This document shows positions 59,240 through 64,000 of a stretch of DNA of 64,000 bases, piece after piece. The stretch's first letter is position 1, and each line of letters begins with the position of its first letter. The stretch lies in assembly GCF_009914755.1 (NCBI RefSeq), contig NC_060939.1; one strand, written 5' to 3'. The translations under genes were made by a program, and so were the position numbers. Source of the DNA: the human T2T-CHM13v2.0 reference genome, Homo sapiens. Below the pieces are notes generated by a model that saw only the letters and a list, made by a program, of their open reading frames with translations, was not told where the DNA came from and did not search any database.

Positions 59240-61557
59240 CTACTTGTCAGAACATTCATGGTTATTGGGAAGAAAATAAAATTCTGAAGACATTAGCAAT
59301 TATTTTACTGATATTATATGAATTATATGAATGAGGCCTTTTATTCACCTAGTAATACTACATTCTCTAAGGTAAGTTGAGTTGCTTTAAAGGACAGCCT
59401 GCCATTTCCCATGAAAAATTATTAATACTTTGCTTGACTCTCTTAATGATAGTTACTGTCAAACACTTAATTTCCAGGATTCTTCGCCTTCTCTTTGGAA
59501 TGTCAGATTTTTAAATCTTCTGATATTCCCCAAATTCCCTATAATTATATTAGTCTAATTATTTTAAAATTTCCAATGGCACAGCATTTGGTCAGATCAA
59601 CAAAATCATGCTCATCTATTGCAATGGTCAGTTATTCTCTACCACTTCTTACAAAAAGGATTCTTTTGTAAGAGAGAAAAGCTCAAAGTTAGCCACTAAT
59701 TATCTCTACTATATTTCTTAAATTGTAAATAGGTTAAGTTTATCATTTTCACCAGATCAGTGTACCCTGAAATTTCTTTTTTTTTTTTTTCTTCCACAAA
59801 ATTGGATCCATTAGTCCCCTGGATGTGTCCCATCATCTCATTCCATGCTTTCCTGAGAATCCTATCTACTTCTTTGTTTGCACTCACTCAATCTGTGCCC
59901 TTTTCCTTCTTGCTTCTTTGTGTAGAGAAAGGCTTTCACGACTATGCAGGGATCACTTTTATTGTGTCCTTTCTTCTCTCTTTCTACTACTGATTTCCAC
60001 TTGGCCTGCAGACAAAGAAGGAGCCTTTCATAAAGTCCTGTTAGCTGTTTCTTGAGAGTATTACCCTTCATGAGCCTAGTTAAAGAGGGTATTTCAGAAG
60101 CTGGCAGGTTATTCAATAACTCTACTCATTTTTATGAAGTGAGCTACACTGAAGTGTTTATTGTGATTTACAGATGGGCTGCACAGAAAGTGGTATCATG
60201 ACCTCCGAGTGGCCCCGCTACCCAATGTCACCTTCCTTGCTACTGTATCTCAGTGTATCCCAAGAAACAGGTAAACATAGCTCAGCATGTTTAGTATACA
60301 AACTGCCAACACCTCAAGGAACAGCCTTCTAAACAAATGTGACTCCAAAGCTAGTATATTCTGAAATCGTAACTGGTTTTATAAAAGGTAAATTAGGGGT
60401 TCTGCCTTGTTTTTTAAATCTGTATTGATTTTATGTCTTGAAGCAAAACAGAGTCAGTTTCCAAACACTGTTGGAATTGGGCTCTGCCTTTTATCTTTCT
60501 CTGTTTATTTTAAGTGAAAGGGGAAGTGGCTGAATAGGACACAAGTTTAATGTCATATGATCAAGAAAAAACATTCCTCTTTGTCATCCTAGAATGTCTA
60601 CATCAGTCAACATATTCAAGTCATTAATGTGAACTCCCCATTCTCCATATCCAGCATTCAACACGTAAGTTCTTAGACCCCACTCAGCAGTTTACAGCAG
60701 TGCTGAGGGCTACCTATAAGAACAACTCTATCATTATTGCATATGAGTTCCTAATGGGCATAAGCTATAAGGAGATAAACTGAATTCCAAGTCAAGAAAT
60801 CTGAAATTCAAAATCTCCACTGATCTCATACACATTCTAGAGTATCGTTTCAATCACGATAGAAAGATAAAACACAAAACACTGGAGAACTGAAGATGGG
60901 GCTGGGTGTGTGCAAATAAAATAAATTTAGAAAAAAAGTTGACTTTGTAAAGGAAACTTAAAAAATCTGGCAAACCAAATATATTTAAAGACTTCATGGA
61001 TCTCTGGTGGCAAATGCTAAGGCTACCCAAATGAGAAGAACACGTGCTAAACTTAAACAGGCATTGTTGTTTCACCTAAAAAAAGGGGGTGGATCTTTAA
61101 GGAAAACACAGCTGGATTTTTAAAACAAATTGAGTGTGGACTTAGGTTCCATCTCTAATGATATCTAACCATATTATTTTAGAAAATGTAACCACTCTAG
61201 TAGGTTAAATGTTTATCACTTACTTACCTGGGATATTGTCAAAAGAATCAGTGAAAGACATTCTGCAAAGTATTTGTGATGTAATCACCTTCGTGGTTAT
61301 TGGTCCAAGATTTGAAGAACTCTGAAGTTTTAAGTTAGCTGAGCCTCGCAGAGCCAGAACAAGTAGAGGGTACACATTACAGGAACCTAAGCCTTCAGAA
61401 AGAAATGAGTACAATTAAATTGCAACACTTCTCTTGTTCCCTTCCTTTTAATGGGACAACTCTCTTGGCTTACCTCTAATAGAGCTCATCTTTGATGAGT
61501 AGATTGTATGATGTACAACAATGTCCTTTTTTACCAAACTTAGAACAGCAAACAGCA

Positions 61558-61848
61558 GGTTGGGCATGGTGGCTCATGCCTGTAATCTCAGCACTTCGGG
61601 AGGCTGAGGCCAGCGGATCACCTGAGATCAGGAGTTCAAGACCAGCCTGGCCAACATGGTGAAACCTTGTCTCTACAAAAATACAAATTTAGCCGGGCAT
61701 GATGGCGGGTACCTGTAATCCCTACTACTGGGGAGTCTCAGGCGGGAGAATCACTTGAACCTGGGAGGTGGAGTTGCAGTGAGCCGAGATCGTGCCATTG
61801 CACTCCAGCCTGGGCGACAGTGAGACTCCATCTCAAAAAAATAAAAAA
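61558..61848 (+). mobile_element. AluS (Sx/Sq-like)
   Basis: Full dimer; 16-bp TSD agaacagcaaacagca / aggacaggaaacagca (2 mismatches). Confidence 0.95.
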
Positions 61849-61897
61849 AGGACAGGAAACAGCAGATGTGTAACTAAGATAATACTACCATTTTAAA

Positions 61898-62207
61898 ATT
61901 TTCTTTATTTATATGTATTTATTTATAGACAGGATCTTGCTCTGTCACCTGGACTATAACAGTGACACAATCATAGCTCACTGCAACCTTCAACTCCTGG
62001 GCTCAAGTGATCCTCCCAACTCAGCCTCCCGAGTTGCTGGGACAACAGGCACAGGCCTCACCTAATTTTTTCTTTTTTTAATTTTCTTGTAGAGATGGGG
62101 TCTCACTATGTTACCTAGGCTGGTGTCAAGCTCCTAGGCTCAAGCAATCCTCCTGCCTTGGCCTCTCAAAGTGCTAGAATTACAGGCATGAACCACTAGC
62201 CCCAGCC
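61898..62207 (-). mobile_element. AluJ
   Basis: ctcctgggctcaagtgatcctccc...ctcaagcaatcctcctgccttggcc; T-rich tail at left. Confidence 0.93.
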
Positions 62208-63249
62208 TATTTTTCATTTTAAAAACTACATATATTTGTAACTATAAGAAAAAACACAGAAAAAAACAGGCACATAGATTTATTCATCATAAAACTTCTT
62301 TCCTTTCAAGTTTAATTCAGTGTGAAAGCCATTTCTGTGAAACCCAGTTGATATTAACCTTAACTCAATGCTATTTTGAGCTGAAGATAAGAGAGGAGAT
62401 TTGGAGTTGGAAGCTGCTTTTTTCGAATTGTATAAGATGAATAAAAGCATTTGAGCGAGTGTATCTCTTTAAGATCAATGATCCTGGTAAGGCTAATTAC
62501 TCTAACCCTCTCCCTCTAAATTTAAAAAGACCTTGGTAACTGGAAGGACCACATGATTAACCGGCTGAGAAGATTGGCCATGATAACGGTGGTTGGTACT
62601 TCCAGGTATCCCCCTCAGTTGTCTCTTTGTCACCTGGAGAATATACTGTATGTGCCAATGAGCTGCATCTTGAAGAGCTGGGAGATTCTTTCATGAAGAT
62701 TGATAGCAGTGGTACAAGGATGGGGAAAGATATTTTAGGTCTTAATGAGCTTACACTTCCTGGGAAAATGTGGAATGGCATTGGGATTCTAGGGACTCGC
62801 TGTTATGGGACAGTCCAGATGACATTGTCTCGCTTTCTTTCAAACCATAGCCCAGGCTTCCTGCTGAAGATGGAGCCATCTTTGTCTTCCAAAATGGCAT
62901 TCTCCATCGGAGACTCTTTATTAAAATAAAAATTAATATTGATCAAAATTGTTATTATTTTTTAAACTTCTTCTTCTTATACTACTTATATTTTGTCTGT
63001 ACCTGTTTGTGACTATTATTCTATCATCGGTTCATGAATATTTTCTCATGCTGTTAACAGGAACCTCTCATCATCATAATACAACTCCTAGTCACATGCT
63101 GCTTTTTTTCTTGCATTCTTTTAATCCAGTTGTTCCCCATCTCACAATAGTAAATCTACTTATTACTTGTGCTGTAATAACAAACATATCACACAAGCCA
63201 AAACTTAATTCGTGTTTTTTTTAATGAAGTTACATGATGTTTAATGAAA

Positions 63250-63770
63250 AATCCTGCTAGTACACATATAAATGGAAACAACACTTCAGACCCAGGGGGT
63301 GGTTTATATACTTAGGGTCAGGAATAGCATTCCTGGGAATTCATCCTAAAGAAATAATTAAGCAAACGTGAGAACAAACATAGTATTTAAAAGGTAACTA
63401 TTGTCAATTATTTAAAAACTATTAAAGCTATCCAAATGTCCAACTATAGGAAAATAGCTAAGTAGATATTACACCATTGAACGGGACAGGACAGTTCACC
63501 AGATATTTAAAAATATAATTATTAAGGTGATATATAGAAAACCAAAATACTTTATAGTTTACTGTTAATTTTAAAAGCCTTATATAAAATAATATGCTAC
63601 GTTTTATCATTGTGATTATATAAAATAAAACTATGCAGATTAGAAACAAATGACCATGTACAAAAATTGCTCTGTTAAGTGATGTTAGCAAATTTTTTTC
63701 TTCAGAAATCTATTATTATCTCATTTTTTGTTTAAAATTTAACTTTACTGATTTTTTAAAATCATAAAGT
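63250..63770 (+). mobile_element. L1ME 3' fragment
   Basis: cattcctgggaattcatcctaaagaaataat...ccaaatgtccaactatagg. Confidence 0.55.
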
Positions 63771-63851
63771 ATGTTAATTTTCGTGTGTTAAATCTATTTG
63801 TCTACCCTTCAATACTTCTAAAGATGGTAAACGTTGACCGAATTAAAATTT

Positions 63852-63988
63852 TTTTTTATTATACTTTAAGTTTCAGGGTACATGTGCACAACGTGCAGGT
63901 TTGTTACATATGTATACATGTGCCATGTTGGTGTGCTGCATCCATTAACTCGTCATTTAGCATTAGGTATATCTCCTAATGCTATCCC
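63852..63988 (-). mobile_element. Severely 5'-truncated young L1PA (L1PA2-4-like), ~140 bp
   Basis: Near-consensus 3'UTR end with tcgtcatttagcattagg; TSD aattaaaattt (63841-63851) / aattcaaattt (63990-64000). Confidence 0.9.
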
Positions 63989-64000
63989 AAATTCAAATTT

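Larger units (their letters stand above)
59888..62915 (-). pseudogene. Candidate decayed spliced gene, 3' exons (62532-62915, 61228-61386, from 60005 leftward); product unidentified
   Basis: AG/GT-bounded non-repeat blocks of 384 and 159 nt, both multiples of 3 and phase 1-1; strong donor CAG|GTAAGT at 61228 and acceptor ctccttctttgtctgcag| at 60005; two in-frame TAA in the first block. No homologue recognised. Confidence 0.35.

Noticed and set aside
59888-62915. Identification as a specific known pseudogene such as the X-linked HSF3 relic
   Set aside because: The joined peptide shows no resemblance to HSF domains or any protein I recall, so no symbol is given.

Overview
AT-rich, repeat-dominated primate (probably human or ape) intergenic or intronic DNA. 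I recognise no intact protein-coding gene, RNA gene or prokaryotic system. About 18 kb is three full-length but disabled L1PA LINE-1s on the minus strand (2375-8485, 9368-15312, 27933-34073). The third is nested in a near-full-length ancient L1MB. The rest is older L1M/L2/MIR, solo LTRs (MER41, LTR16, MLT1/2, MER50, MER57, MER21, MER70), an ERVL/MaLR internal fossil, DNA-transposon relics (MER2, MER5, MER53, MADE1, Charlie) and four Alus. Almost all ORF-track entries are fragments or antisense shadows of these repeats. Best second-look items: (1) an apparent ancient L1 3'-transduction bounded by a 15-bp target-site duplication (TSD) at 1550-2336; (2) three phase-compatible exon-like blocks at 59.9-62.9 kb that look like the decayed 3' end of an unidentified minus-strand gene; (3) short hairpins that look like template-switch mutations, one checkable against a paralog inside the window; (4) a 124-nt L1 5'UTR deletion that removes the ORF0 start. 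Subfamily names come from my recall of consensus sequences, not from a search, and boundaries of old repeats are approximate.
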